A DNA stretch of 63,056 bases, filler included, from Craspedostauros australis (GCA_030167865.1; 7 parts of 7 records of this genome joined end to end with filler, not necessarily neighbours in it); one strand, 5' to 3'. Positions 49,744-62,519 are shown, numbered from the whole stretch's first letter. Notes: generated by a model from the sequence alone, not told the origin. Translations and numbers: made by a program.

Positions 49744-50628
49744 ATGATGAAAGTCGGCTTGTCCCAAAGTCCCAAAACAACAGCAACCGCAACGGCAGCA
49801 ACAGCAACAGCAACAGCAACAGCCAACACTACGGTCGAAATCTGCAGAGACTGTGCTCCCAACAACAGCACAGATCCCTACATCCTTAGCAGCCTGCTGC
49901 CGAACGTCATCATCTGGAAGTTGCCCTTCTCCACAAATGGTGAATCAGGTGCATCCACGGTCCAAAACGCAACGACGCTCTCCACATACGAATCAAGGAG
50001 TCTCACATCCTTTTCGCGCAGCTACTACACGGATGCCTCATCGTCACACTTTGATGATGAGTCGGATCACAACAACAGTCGCACGCAGCTACTGCAAATG
50101 GTATACGAAACAGGTGACGAACAATCTGAGCTCGTCATTCAAGAAGTCCAACGGAATCTCAAGCGCAACCCTGAGGCAATTGAACCTGATGATGAGTGGT
50201 CCTTTCTGTCATCGCCACTGGAGGGACCAGCCAGACAGCAGCCTCAACCACGCGCCCCGCCGATCCAGTTTCATGGCCGAGTCAAAAAGCTCTGCAGACT
50301 GAAGCAGGCCTACCTGTGATCCAAGAACCGCTGTGAGATTGTCATTGGTGTTGCAGGCGTCGGCAAGACTGCCATCTGCCAGTACTTCTTCGACAATGTG
50401 CACGACGCCACGCTGATCTTTGGATATGCCAAGTTTGAATCGCCGATCGGAACGTCACCCGACATCCATCCATACGGACCCATCTGGACTGCCTTCGCCT
50501 CCCTCCTGCGTCAGGTCACGCAACGGAATGCATCCTGGATCCAACAGCATTTGCCGCAGGCTGCTGAGGCTCTCAACATCATTCTTGCACAAACGCGCTG
50601 CTTCATTTTCGTGGACACAATAACATAG
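49744..50628 (+). pseudogene. AAA_16/STAND-type ATPase pseudogene fragment
   Basis: FHGRVKKLCRLKQAYL*SKNRCEIVIGVAGVGKT..GYAKFE..PYGPI. Walker A lies in frame after the TGA at 50317-50319; truncated near 50600. Confidence 0.75.
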
Positions 50629-51014
50629 AAATAATGGTAGAACAGTTGTAGCACATACTAAAGTACGAAGTCAGTGTTATTCAATCATTGCACTATTACT
50701 ATTTACTATCGTTTTCCGTTGGCCTCATGGCTTTGTTGTTTGTGTCCTGATTTGCACTAGTCGGCTTAGCGGCGACGGTTGTTGCTTCTGGGCCAGCAGC
50801 ACTTGCCGCTGTCGTGGGCGTCCTTGTCGTGGGCGTCCTTGTTGTCGGCGTGCATGGCTTAGCCATCTTCGTGGCTGCCGCACGCGGAATCAATGAAGGG
50901 GTCCTCGGAGGCAAAGAAGTCTTCGACACGTTCCTCGATTCGGTCGGCGGTACGTCGACGAACATTTCTCGTCCCATTCCAAATCTGTTCGAACCAAGTG
51001 GGCCCATTCGAAGG

Positions 51015-51452
51015 CTACAAGCTCACTTCAGAGCGCTCCACTTCACCCTGCTCGTTACCCTGGCGTTCCTGTACATTGTTGAGGCCACTGCCGACTTGAC
51101 GAAGCACCTGCTGTTGATCTTGAGAAAGGGCGTTGCGCAGGGCGTTGCGCAGGGCGCGGAAGGGATTGTTGTGATGTTTGACCAATATCATGAGCACAGA
51201 AAAGTCTCGTCGCACGATGATGACCTCTCTTCCCCAGTTACGTGGGTTTCTCTTGACCTTCTTTGCTGACTTCTTGAAACATGTCAACAATCTCTTCTTC
51301 TCCTCTTGCGTGAAGAGCGTTTCAAGGTTTTGGATTACCTGGGCAAGGAAGTCCTTCAGTAGGTCAAGGCTCCACCCAACTGCCTCGCAGCTTACAGCGA
51401 GATCCCAAAGTGCCTGAATGCGTCTTTTTTCTTCGTCTGTGAAAGTCACCAT
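51015..51452 (-). CDS. Hypothetical protein (145 aa), possibly frameshifted into 50699-51007
   Basis: ATG start and a charged helical composition; no family recognised. Confidence 0.4.
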   Translation of the reverse strand: MVTFTDEEKRRIQALWDLAVSCEAVGWSLDLLKDFLAQVIQNLETLFTQEEKKRLLTCFKKSAKKVKRNPRNWGREVIIVRRDFSVLMILVKHHNNPFRALRNALRNALSQDQQQVLRQVGSGLNNVQERQGNEQGEVERSEVSL

Positions 51453-52644
51453 GGTTGACGTTGTTGTTCAGGTGTGTGCCTGTGCTGATGGGTATTGCTC
51501 CTTCAGATCAATCGTCGGTTGGTGTGGAAGAGGTGTGTGTTGAAGATTTGTTGCGAAGTTGCTCCATTTATGAAGAGGCAAATGGAGGACGAGGAGAACA
51601 AGGAAAGAACTTGCACTTGCCGCGTTGTATCGCGTTGTCTTTGGCGCAAAGTCGGAGAGGAGCTCGACGTGAGTGTGCATGTTGTGCACTCCGTGCTTTG
51701 ACGCCGCAGTTCCAATGCTCCTTCTAACGGTATTCCTCACATCCAAAGCCATGGCAGTTGACTTTGAGCAAGATGCGCACGAACTTGCGACGTGCAGAAA
51801 GCGTGGGTCCACGATCGATATCAACCGCTTGTGATCCAGGTTTGTCTTTTTGAAATCATTGGCCTGTTGTTCATGGGCGTGTTGGCCACCGTGTTGGTGT
51901 GCGTGTTGACCACAACAAGGAAGATACCAACGCCAAAAATCAGTCACTTGGATCCACGTACGCCTTTTGCGATGGTTTGGACTTTTAGTCCATTGAATCA
52001 AACGCCGTGTCTCTCTCTCTGATGGATTCGTTGATTGATTTTTCGGTGACATCCAAACGCGGAAACGTGCCGTGTTTCTGTGCATGTTGTGTTACTCCAA
52101 TCGGCAAAGTTCCAGCCTCCACGTACACATCACATCACTCGAAGCGCCGAAGAACTGTATCGATCGGAGTAGTATCGCGGTTGACTCCCCCAAGACCATC
52201 ACAGAGAGATGTACTATACTCATGTTGCACGATCTATGGTATCACATGAAGAGGCACAACTGCACAGCGTGGACAAGTTGGGCACCATCGAAGGTCGTAT
52301 CGTGCGAGCGAGCGAGCGAGCTAGCCAGCTTCGGATCATGATGTGGCTGTCCACGGTCGTATCACACCACACCATACCATACCATACCATACACCATGGT
52401 GGAACTGCGCAAGTCCATGCAGGCATGTTGACTGACGACACGTTGCTTCGTGATGAATGCACAGGATCATGAAATGGAGGACAGCAAACTTGATCAGATG
52501 ACCTCACAATCGCCATCCAAGCGCAACTGATTTGGGACCACATACTCTACCAGCACTACTCGTACGAGTGTACCGCCAATATCAACAATCACCAGCAGCA
52601 CGGACAACAGCGACGACAGCAACGACAGCGACAACAAGAAAAGG

Positions 52645-53487
52645 ATGAACCGCAACATGGATGATGTCGCCAACACCAATACCAACAGCGATCATGATCC
52701 AGACTTCAAGACTTTCTGGAAACAGCTCCATGGCAAAGAGCTGTCACCGACGACAGTGTTCACTCCACAGTTCACACCAGCAGAGCAGACCGACTGCTAC
52801 AGTGTCACACCCAAGCGGATGGAATACTGGGACATGGCCGTCGAAGCAGGATACACTTATGATGACTTGGAATCGATGCGGCGGCACAAGCACATTGCTT
52901 TATCACCTCGTGTTCTGTTGAGAGGTAATTTTGACATGGGCTACGCGCAGATGTACATTCGATCTCTGAAACTGGAATTTGGCACCATCGACCAATTCGG
53001 AGAAGAAGACAAGCAAGCAATTCGCTTCGTACTTCGATTGGCTGCTAAACATCCACTCAAATCTTCATTCGACGGAGGCATCTGCTTGAGTCCACCCTTT
53101 CCGAAGATGAAACAGCTCCACGACATCCCTCTTGTGACACATCGTGTAAAATTGTTGCATTGTGATCTTGTTGATTGCGACAAACTCATGTTCAACATCT
53201 CCCAAAACCCGAAATACGTTAAGTTTGAATGCTGTAAGCTCGCCAATGGGGGCGCTGATTTGTGCAGATGGCTGTCTCCAAACAATTGCAGCGTCACCGA
53301 AGTATCCTTTAAAATCACCCTTATCACTCGCGATAGCTTGGCAACGCTATTCCAGTCAAACAAGCACATCAACAAGCTCGGAATCAGTTTCTTTGGGGAC
53401 TACAACCGGCAACGAACCTACTCACGACAAGAAATCGACCAGATCATCCAACTCCTTTCAGATGCATCGCACCTGAAGAGCCTAGAG
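52645..53487 (+). CDS. Hypothetical protein with degenerate LRR-like repeats, 3'-partial
   Basis: ORF runs into the scaffold end; segments such as LFQSNKHINKLGI and ASHLKSLE. Confidence 0.55.
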
Positions 53488-53587
53488 NNNNNNNNNNNNN
53501 NNNNNNNNNNNNNNNNNNNNNNNNNNNNNNNTTAATTAATTAANNNNNNNNNNNNNNNNNNNNNNNNNNNNNNNNNNNNNNNNNNNN

Positions 53588-55244
53588 AGACGAGAGCATC
53601 GGGGTCACTGAAGTCGCAATGCCAGGGGTCGATGTCAACAATGCGCCACCAGCGCAAGAAGAGGAAGCAACTGGCACTCGCATGAGCAGCGCCATTGACT
53701 ACTTCCTACGTGACAAGATCGACCGCGTATGTGAACGCAGCAGGATGGATGCATGGTGTCCAATCTGCCTCGCGCGTGGAGCGATGTATTCGTGGTGCAC
53801 GGAGTGCACCGAATTCAACGTATTCAAGATCCGAGCCCCATGGGCGTTCAGAAAGATCCCGACGACCACCGAACCGGAAAGNNNNNNNNNNNNNNNNNNN
53901 NNNNNNNNNNNNNNNNNNNNNNNNNNNNNNNNNNNNNNNNNNNNNNNNNNNNNNNNNNNNNNNNNNNNNNNNNNNNNNNNNNNNNNNNNNNTGTGCTACG
54001 ACGTGAGGAGGGAATCCATTCGGGAGAGAGCCTACTGCTTGGGAACCCGAGAGCTCTACTACATGCTCACCCAAATTGGGTTCGAAGGAGCATATGACAT
54101 ATCGCTCAAGATCGTGGTCATCAACGAGCTGCTCGAAGAGAAAGGACTACCACTACTCCCCAAGCACCTCATTTTGAGGATGAGCCGCCTGTGTACCCAA
54201 CGCGTCTCATGGATGAGAGGCTGGGACGACACCGAAGTAAGAGACGGTTTGGAGTGCCCGGAACTCCCAAAGGTCAGACCAATGGCAGGAAGCCCGGAAT
54301 ACAAANNNNNNNNNNNNNNNNNNNNNNNNNNNNNNNNNNNNNNNNNNNNNNNNNNNNNNNNNNNNNNNNNNNNNNNNNNNNNNNNNNNNNNNNNNNNNNN
54401 NNNNNNNNNNNNNNNNNNNNNNNNNNNNNNNNNNNNNNNNNNNNNNNNNNNNNNNNNNNNNNNNNNNNNNNNNNATGAGGGCATGACTAACGTGCGCCTC
54501 TCGAACTTCTCTGTGAAGGTGGGAAGCGGAAAATTCCTCCGCGCCACTAAGGTCGGTGATCTACGCATGCGAGTGATGCAGAAGGATGGCAAGAGCGCCA
54601 TCATCATCCTGAAGGGAGTGCGTTACGTGCCTAAGCTCTNNNNNNNNNNNNNNNNNNNNNNNNNNNNNNNNNNNNNNNNNNNNNNNNNNCGATTCGACTC
54701 AGTGGAGGACGCCGTGAGGGTCTCTCTCTCCAACGTCTTGGAAGCCGTGCAGGTGCGAATCAATGGCGCCATCCTGTGCTACGACGTGAGGAGGGAATCC
54801 ATTCGGGAGAGAGCCTACTGCTTGGGAACCCGAGAGCTCTACTACATGCTCACCCAAATNNNNNNNNNNNNNNNNNNNNNNNNNNNNNNNNNNNNNNNNN
54901 NNNNNNNNNNNNNNNNNNNNNNNNNNNNNNNNNNNNNNNNNNNNNNNNNNNNNNNNNNNNNNNNNNNNNNNNTGTGTACCCAACGCGTCTCATGGATGAG
55001 AGGCTGGGACGACACCGAAGTAAGAGACGGTTTGGAGTGCCCGGAACTCCCAAAGGTCAGACCAATGGCAGGAAGCCCGGAATACAAACTCGAGCTGATG
55101 GAACACTTCGAACAAGCAAGGTTCGGACACGAAATGGCCATGGTGACCGAAGATCACGAATCGAGTGAGAGCAACCGCGAGCTGGTTGCACCAGACCAAC
55201 ATGAAGCTAACACATGGTTGGGGGATACCGGCGCGTCTTGCCAC
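53588..55244 (+). mobile_element. Gappy Ty1/copia polyprotein fragment (extra C4 domain plus protease)
   Basis: WLGDTGASCH protease motif and GVRYVPKL; homologous to 55345-57630. Piece order is scrambled by the assembly. Confidence 0.85.
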
Positions 55245-55344
55245 NNNNNNNNNNNNNNNNNNNNNNNNNNNNNNNNNNNNNNNNNNNNTTAATTAATTAA
55301 NNNNNNNNNNNNNNNNNNNNNNNNNNNNNNNNNNNNNNNNNNNN

Positions 55345-57630
55345 CATGATGCGGTCGAAACGGATACGCAATCCGTTCTTCTCGAGAGCCATCACCACAC
55401 CCTTGTTGCTGATGTCGAATCCGCTTTCAAGTGCCTTTGTGATGCTCAGGAGATTGACCCAAAGCTTGGGGACGAACTTGACCGCCTTGAGGATGATGAT
55501 GACCTCCGAGCCATCCTTCTGCATCACCTTCATGCGTTTGTCGCCCATCTTCGTTGCTTTGAGGTAGCGTCCGCTTCCCACCTTCACTGCGAAGCTCGCG
55601 AGGCGCACGTTCGTCATGCCCTCGTCGCTGTTGGTGAGATGACACGATGCCCCCGAGTCGCCAAGCCAGGTGTTTGCCTCGTGGCGATCTGGCGCGATGG
55701 TCTTCTTGCGTTCGCCGGCGTCGTACATGTCGCCGATCACCATGGCTAGCTCATGCGCATGGTTGTACCCGTAGATGGGCAGCTCGTCGAACATGTGCCC
55801 GTCGCGCACGCCGTTGTTTGATGGATGATGGATCCAAAGCAGGCGATCCGCGGCCATGGCGCTCATACGCGAGATCAGGTTCTTCGGGAGTGGCGGGAGA
55901 CGATTCTCCTCAAGCAAATCGTTGATGTCGATTGCCTTGCTCGCCACNNNNNNNNNNNNNNNNNNNNNNNNNNNNNNNNNNNNNNNNNNNNNNNNNNNNN
56001 NNTCCATGCGGTTCTCGTCGATGCCTTGGTATGCCTCCATCGCGTCATAGCAGATGAGCGAGAGGTCGGAACGAACATCATTCGCAGGTATCACGTTGGA
56101 CAGCGAGCATCTCACCGCATAGGGAGGGTTGTCGCTTGCAAGGATTTGGCGGCGTTGGAGCTTCTCAGCTGGCGTCACAGGCACGTCTCCCTTTGGTCCT
56201 CCTGGGATGAGGATCAAGAATGGGCAGAACGGGCAGTCAACACACCATGAGAACAAAGGCCCTTTGGTCAGGCACAGTGGGCACCACGCGTTGTCGTTGT
56301 CACGCCGAGACGCGGTCTCGATCAATCCGTCCAAGTAGGAGCAGATGGGGCGCACGTTGTAGATCGGCTCTGGTCGCCTTGCTGAGGCCGTCACGTGGAG
56401 ATCGATGCCGGGCATCGCGATCTCGTTGCTTTCGGTTTCGTCAGCTTCGCTCTCATCGGACGAGAACAAATTGTCGCTCATCATGCGATCCGCGTCGACT
56501 TGTGGTCCGTAGTAGCCGTAGTCGTTCGGGCTACGGATCCCAACCACTTCGATCGATTCCTCGTCGTTGTTGTTGTTGGTTCCGTTGTAGAACCCTGCGG
56601 CCAAGTCTCCGTCGACGACCACGAGAGCCATGTCCTCCATGAGGTTTTCGATGTTGCTCTCAGTGTCGTGGGTGCGGGTTGTCACGATTTCGTGGTCGGT
56701 GAGAATTTGTTTTTCGCTCACATTTTGGGTGTTGCGCGCGATTTCTCCATCCTCTGCGATTTCGTGACACAACATCACTTCATCAACGCTGACCAGCGCG
56801 ACGTCGTCCATGCCGTCCATCCCGTCGGTAGCCACATTGGCTGAGTCCACGTCCTTCATCGCTGCTCTCAACTTGAAGCATTGCACGATCTTGTGGCCTG
56901 TCTTGCCACAGAACTTGCACTTGCCGTTGAAGCCTCCGGCGCTGAAGTTGCCGTTGTTGCGGTTGCCGTTGCCGCGGTTGCCGTTCTTCTTGGCGCCACC
57001 GCCTTGCTTGCCGTTGCCGTTCTTGATTGGGGAGCGACAGTCCGCCTTCTTGTGCCCGTAGACGCCACAGTTGCGACAGTTGCCCTTGAACCCGCCGATC
57101 GCGGCCAAGGNNNNNNNNNNNNNNNNNNNNNNNNNNNNNNNNNNNNNNNNNNNNNNNNNNGCCGTTGTTGCGGTTGCCGTTGCCGCGGTTGCCGTTCTTC
57201 TTGGCGCCACCGCCTTGCTTGCCGTTGCCGCTCTTGGTAGGGGAGCGACAGTCCGCCTTCTTGTGCCCGTAGACGCCACAGTTGCGACAGTTGCCCTTGA
57301 ACCCGCCGATCGCGGCCAAGGCCATCTCCTCCTTGCCATGGTTGCCTCCTTCGCGCTTAGAACCATGTTTGGTATGGTGGCGGTCGTAGGTGAGGCACAC
57401 GGCCTCGCGGATGTCCTCAACTGTCATCTTGTCTTCTTTGCCTGCGAACTTGAGCTCTATGAGCTTCACGTCCATCTTGTAGTCTCTTCCGAGAGCGTTG
57501 AGCACAAGCATGTTGTATTGCTCGACGTCCATATTCACGCCAGCATTCTCCAAATGGTTGCGGAGCACCTCCATGTCGGTGAGGAACGAATCAGGGCGCT
57601 CGCCCTTCTTCAACTGCATTCCGTTGAGTT
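55345..57630 (-). mobile_element. Ty1/copia gag-protease region, 5'-truncated
   Basis: Gag (LVLNALGRDY), CCHC knuckles CRNCGVYGHKKADC and CKFCGKTGHKIVQC, an extra domain, then protease WLGDSGASCH..VKFVPKLWVNLLSI. No stops in the visible sequence. Confidence 0.92.
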
Positions 57631-57631
57631 G

Positions 57632-57656
57632 AGGGTTAGGGTTAGGGGTTAGGGTT
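57632..57656 (+). repeat. Interstitial telomeric repeat (TTAGGG)~4
   Basis: AGGGTTAGGGTTAGGGGTTAGGGTT at the point where gag ends. Confidence 0.8.
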
Positions 57657-58099
57657 TGTATCAACCATACATGTCTCGGTGGGGGTCCAGCAGGATGTGG
57701 GACACGTGCGGGGGACCTCCCTGGACCAGCGGGACCTCACCCGGACACCTCCCACTTCGTGCTTTGGGTCCGTACCTGGCTTAGGGTGTTTTCCTAATGC
57801 CTTGCAAGGTGCTGGAATACGCATGGGAGGTGGCTGGTTGGATCCGCCTTGGTCGACTTGGCCAACCTGCGGGTGCAGACTGTGACTAATCCACGTTCCT
57901 GGGGCTGCGGAGGGATCAGTATGGAGCAGGGAGTGTCGGTGGGACCATGCCCAAATGTCGCAGTTGACGTCTTTGACCTCAACGCTTTCACTTTTTGGGT
58001 CCGCCGTGTAAGCATTACCCAATCTGCGGCCTTTGACCATCGTTTTTCGGCCGTTCAAGCTAGTTGTGTCCCATTTGTCATTGGTTGTTGCGACCCCAC

Positions 58100-60410
58100 T
58101 GAGGGTCCATATTTCAATCCCTTCAAGACGTCTTTAAGGAGTGGGAGATGCCGCATTCGATCCGCGCTGCGCTCATGAACCATAGTACGAGGTCCAACCG
58201 CGACTTTTGGACGCCTCTTGTCAGTCATCGTGCTCGCAAGTGGTGTCCACGTTGAAACCTGGATTTTGTTACAGATGTCAGATTGGAGTGGGAGGTGTCG
58301 CAATCGATCCGCAGTGCTCTACTTAGTCATAATCTGAAGGCAAACCTCACTTTGTTAATGACAATTCATGATCATCGTACTACCCAGGTGCTTGCCCCAT
58401 GGTGTCCACATTGCTGGACAGACCTTGTTGTAGACCTCATTACGAAGTGGGAGATGCGGCAATCGATCCGCAGTGCGCCCATTAGCCAAAATCCGAGGGC
58501 AAATGGCACTTTTTAGATGACAATGTGGGATCATCGTACTTGCTCATGCTTCCTGGTAGTCATCGTTGAAAACTGGATTTTGTTGCAGAGGTCAGATTGG
58601 ACAAGGAGGTGTCGCAATCGATCCGCGGTGTGATAACTAGCCATAATCTGAAGTCAAATCATGCATTTGGTGTAACAGCTATGGGTTGTTGTACCTCCCT
58701 ATATCCAACATATGACAGCTGGATTGTCTTGTAGATGGAATTACGAAGTGCGAGGGGTCGCATTCGATCCGCGGTGTGTTCATTAGCCATACTATGAGGT
58801 CAAACCATGCATTTGATGTGACATCTANGGGTTGTCGTACTTGCCCGTNGTGACTGCTTTCCCCACTGAGTGTCCATGTTGTGAAACATGGTTAGTGTGT
58901 TCATCATTACGAAGTGCGAGGTGTCGCATTCGATCCGCGGTGCGCTAATTAGCCATAATCTGGAGTAAAACCATGCATTTAATGTAACAGCTTTGGGTCG
59001 TACTACCTCCCTATATCCAACATATGACAGCTGGATTGTCTTGTAGATGGAATTACGAAGTGCGAGGGGTCNNNNNNNNNNNNNNNNNNNNNNNNNNNNN
59101 NNNNNNNNNNNNNNNNNNNNNCGATCCGCGGTGTGTTCATTAGCCATACTATGAGGTCAAACCATGCATTTGATGTGACATCTACGGGTTGTCGTACTTG
59201 CCCGTAGTGACTGCTTTCCCCACTGAGTGTCCATGTTGTGAACCATGGTTAGTGTGTTCATCATCAAGATGTCGGGGGTGTCGTATTCGATCCGCAGTGT
59301 GATAATTAGACATAATATGAGGTTAAACCATGCATTTAATGTAACAGCTTTGGGTCGTACTACCTCCCTGTGGCCACCATATGACAGCTGGATTGTCTTG
59401 TAGATGGAATTACGAAGTGCGAGGGGTCGCATTCGATCCGCGGTGTGTTCATTAGCCATACTATGAGGTCAAACCATGCATTTGATGTGACATCTATGGG
59501 TTGTCGTACTTGCCCGTAGTGACTGCTTTCCCCACTGAGTGTCCATGTTGTGAAACATGGTTAGTGTGTTCATCATTACGAAGTGCGAGGTGTCGCATTC
59601 GATCCGCGGTGCGCTAATTAGCCATAATATGAGGTCAAGCCATGCATTTGATGTAACAACTTTGGGTTGTCGTACCTCCCTATATCCACCATATGACACC
59701 TGGATTGTCTTGTAGATGGAATTACGAAGTGAGAGGGGTCACATTCGATCTGCCGTGTGTTCATTAGCCATACTATGAGGTCAAACCACAGATGTGATGT
59801 GACATCTATGGGTTGTCGTACTTGCCCGTAGTGACTGCTCCCCCCACTGAGTGTCCATGTTGTGAACCATGGTTGGTGTGTTCATCATTACGAAGTGGTA
59901 GATGTGGCAATAGATCCGTAGTGTGCTAATTAGCCATAATATGAAGCCAAATCATGGTTTGAATGTGACAACTTTGGGTTGTCGTACCTCCCTATATCCA
60001 CCATATGACAGCTGGATTGTCTTGTAGATGGAATTACGAAGTGGGAGGGGTCACATTCGATCCGCCGTGTGCTAATCACCCATAATATGAGGTCAAACCC
60101 CGGTTTGGATGTGACATCTACGGGTTGTCGTACTTGCCCGTGGTGACTGCTTTCCCCACTGAGTGTCCATGTTGTGAACCATGGTTGGTGTGTTCATCAT
60201 CAAGATGTCGGGGGTGTCGTATTCGAACCGCAGTGTGCTAATTAGCCACAATATGAAGTCAAACCATGGATTTGACGTGACAACTTTGGGTCGTTGTACT
60301 TGCCCGTGCTTGCTCGTAGTGTCCCCGTTGAAAATGGATTTTGTTGGAGACGTCAGAACGGAGTGGGAGGTGCCACAATCAATCCTCAGCATGATAAGTA
60401 GCCATGACAT
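58100..60410. repeat. Satellite with a 312-bp unit made of 146- and 166-bp related monomers
   Basis: Core TTCGATC(C/T)GC at 59286, 59432, 59598 and 59744; exact 312-bp period (59157, 59469 and 60093 two units later); edges are more diverged. Confidence 0.92.
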
Positions 60411-60459
60411 GATGTGCTACTGCGATTTTGATGTGAGTGATCAAGCTCTTTGTACTGGC

Positions 60460-62000
60460 TTGTGTGAATGCGGTCCATCACGTTCCATCATGAGTGACTG
60501 CGTGCTATCATGGTCCACCACATGACATCACGTGATCCTGCGGTCCATCACGATCCATCACAATCCATCACTGTCTATCACATGTTGCTCCATGTTATCA
60601 CATGCTACTGCATGCACTCACTGTCCATCACTGTCCATTACGGTCCGTTACATTGCATCGCGTGTCATCCCAATCTATCACGGTGCATCATGGTGCATCG
60701 CTTGTCATCGGCTGTCATCGCAGTGTGTCACGTGTTGCTGCCTGTATCATCATGGTCCATCATATTCCATCATGTGTCATCGCCTGCTATTGCGGTTTAT
60801 TGCATCTCATCACGTGTTACTGCATGCATCATCGCGGTCCATCACATGTTAGTGCAGTCTATCACGAGTTACTGCATGTTGTCATTTGTTCCTGCATGCT
60901 ATCACATGCTACTGCATGCACTCACTGTCCATCACTGTCCATAGCAGTCCACCATGGCCCACTGCGTGTCAATGCGGTCTGGCATGGTGTATCATGTGTA
61001 ATGACAGTCCATCATGGTCCATCGCTGCCTACAATGTGCTGCTGCCTGTATCATCTCAGTGCATCATGTTCCATTGCCTGTCATCGCGTCTTGTCATGTG
61101 CTACTGCGTACTATCGCGTGCTACTGTGTGCTATCGCGAGTTGCTGCGTGTTATCACATGTTCTGCATGCACTCACATTCCATCGTAGTCCATCGCGGTC
61201 CATTGCGGTCCAATACATTGCATCGTGTGTTGGTGCAGTTGACTTTAATCAGAACACTGCTGGGACAGACACCGGACGGAGCAAGGACGTGCCTGTCATC
61301 CACAGATTTGATTCAACGGCTGGCAGTCATTACCACCACCAAGCTGCACATCACAAGGCAAACAGCAGCAAAGAGGCGAACAACAAACATGCAAACCTGC
61401 AAACACGCAAACAAGCAAAAAAGCACAACAGCTCATAATCTTGTGTAAACTATCTGATTGCACCACCCACATCCATCACACAGCTCTGCCTCTGGTCTAT
61501 CGCTTTGGTTCATTTCCGGGTTGGAACCGCTGCAGACGTTGTTGTTTCAACATCGTGTGCCATCGCGGTCTATCACGGTGCATCATGATCCATTTCTTGT
61601 CATTGGCTCTCATTGCAGCCTGTCACATTCTGCTGCCTGTATCATCATGGTTCTTCATGTTCCATCGTGTGTCATCGCCTGCAATTGTGGTTTATTGCGT
61701 CTCATCACGTGTCACTGTGTGTTTCACCGCGGTCCATCACATGTTAGTGCGGTCTTTCACCAGTTACTGTGTGTTCTCATTTGTTCCTGCATGATACCCC
61801 ATGCTATTGCATGCACTCACTATCCATCATGGTTGATCACAATTGCATGGCATGTTGCTGCGTGTTTCATCGCCTGTCATCACGGTCAATCGTGTGCGTG
61901 TGCATGTGATCACGTTGGATCGTGTGCTATTGTGATCCATCACGTGTCAACATGGTCTATCATGGTCTATCATGTGCAACTGTGGTCCATCATGGTCCAT
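60460..62000. repeat. Degenerate CATCAC/GGTCCATC-rich minisatellite with an internal duplication
   Basis: Approximately 10-bp periodicity; ~60660-60940 resembles ~61550-61830. Confidence 0.7.
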
Positions 62001-62519
62001 GTCAGGAATCAAGGGTGCAACTATGCTGTGATACCCATGACTACTGCACCTCCCAACAATAGCATTCAGACTATTCCAAATGAACTCTCATTGATCACAC
62101 TGGGACCACCTTATGGCCTGTCCTGCATCACATCCAGTCATGCTCTGCTATGTGGCCTGGCCTGTCCCCACCCAACAACAAGTGTGAAGGAGGAATCCAA
62201 CCACTGGGAAAGGATCCGCCTATGACCAGAGACCATGGACTGTAGACGAAGTATATATGAATGATGGCAAGGTGCTCTGATGGACAAGGGCACTTTGGAG
62301 TCACCTGAAAGAGAGGGCTTTGGGGTACGTATTGGCAGTACTGAATGTGTGAATATCTCAGTCAAGGGCGTTGAAACAGATAGTGGCAGTGACTTCAACT
62401 GTGAGACTCAACAATGAACCATGCTTAGCATTTGAGTGTAGCCACAGGCATCATGGAGTGGCCAGCAGAATGCACAATGTGTGAGAGACAACTCTAGGGG
62501 GTTGTGCATGCGCATGTGA

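Noticed and set aside
23871..55300. Recurrent TTAATTAATTAA motif and gene neighbourhoods across it (e.g. NRPS-like gene beside the FAD monooxygenase as a biosynthetic cluster)
   Set aside because: The motif is an artificial concatenation spacer. The NRPS-like gene and the oxidoreductases are on different scaffolds, and the latter are pseudogenes.
56950..57320. Third zinc knuckle in gag
   Set aside because: Near-identical duplicate across an N gap; probably two element copies or an overlap.
58800..62225. Repeated ORFs and His/Cys-rich ORFs
   Set aside because: Translations of satellite and minisatellite DNA.
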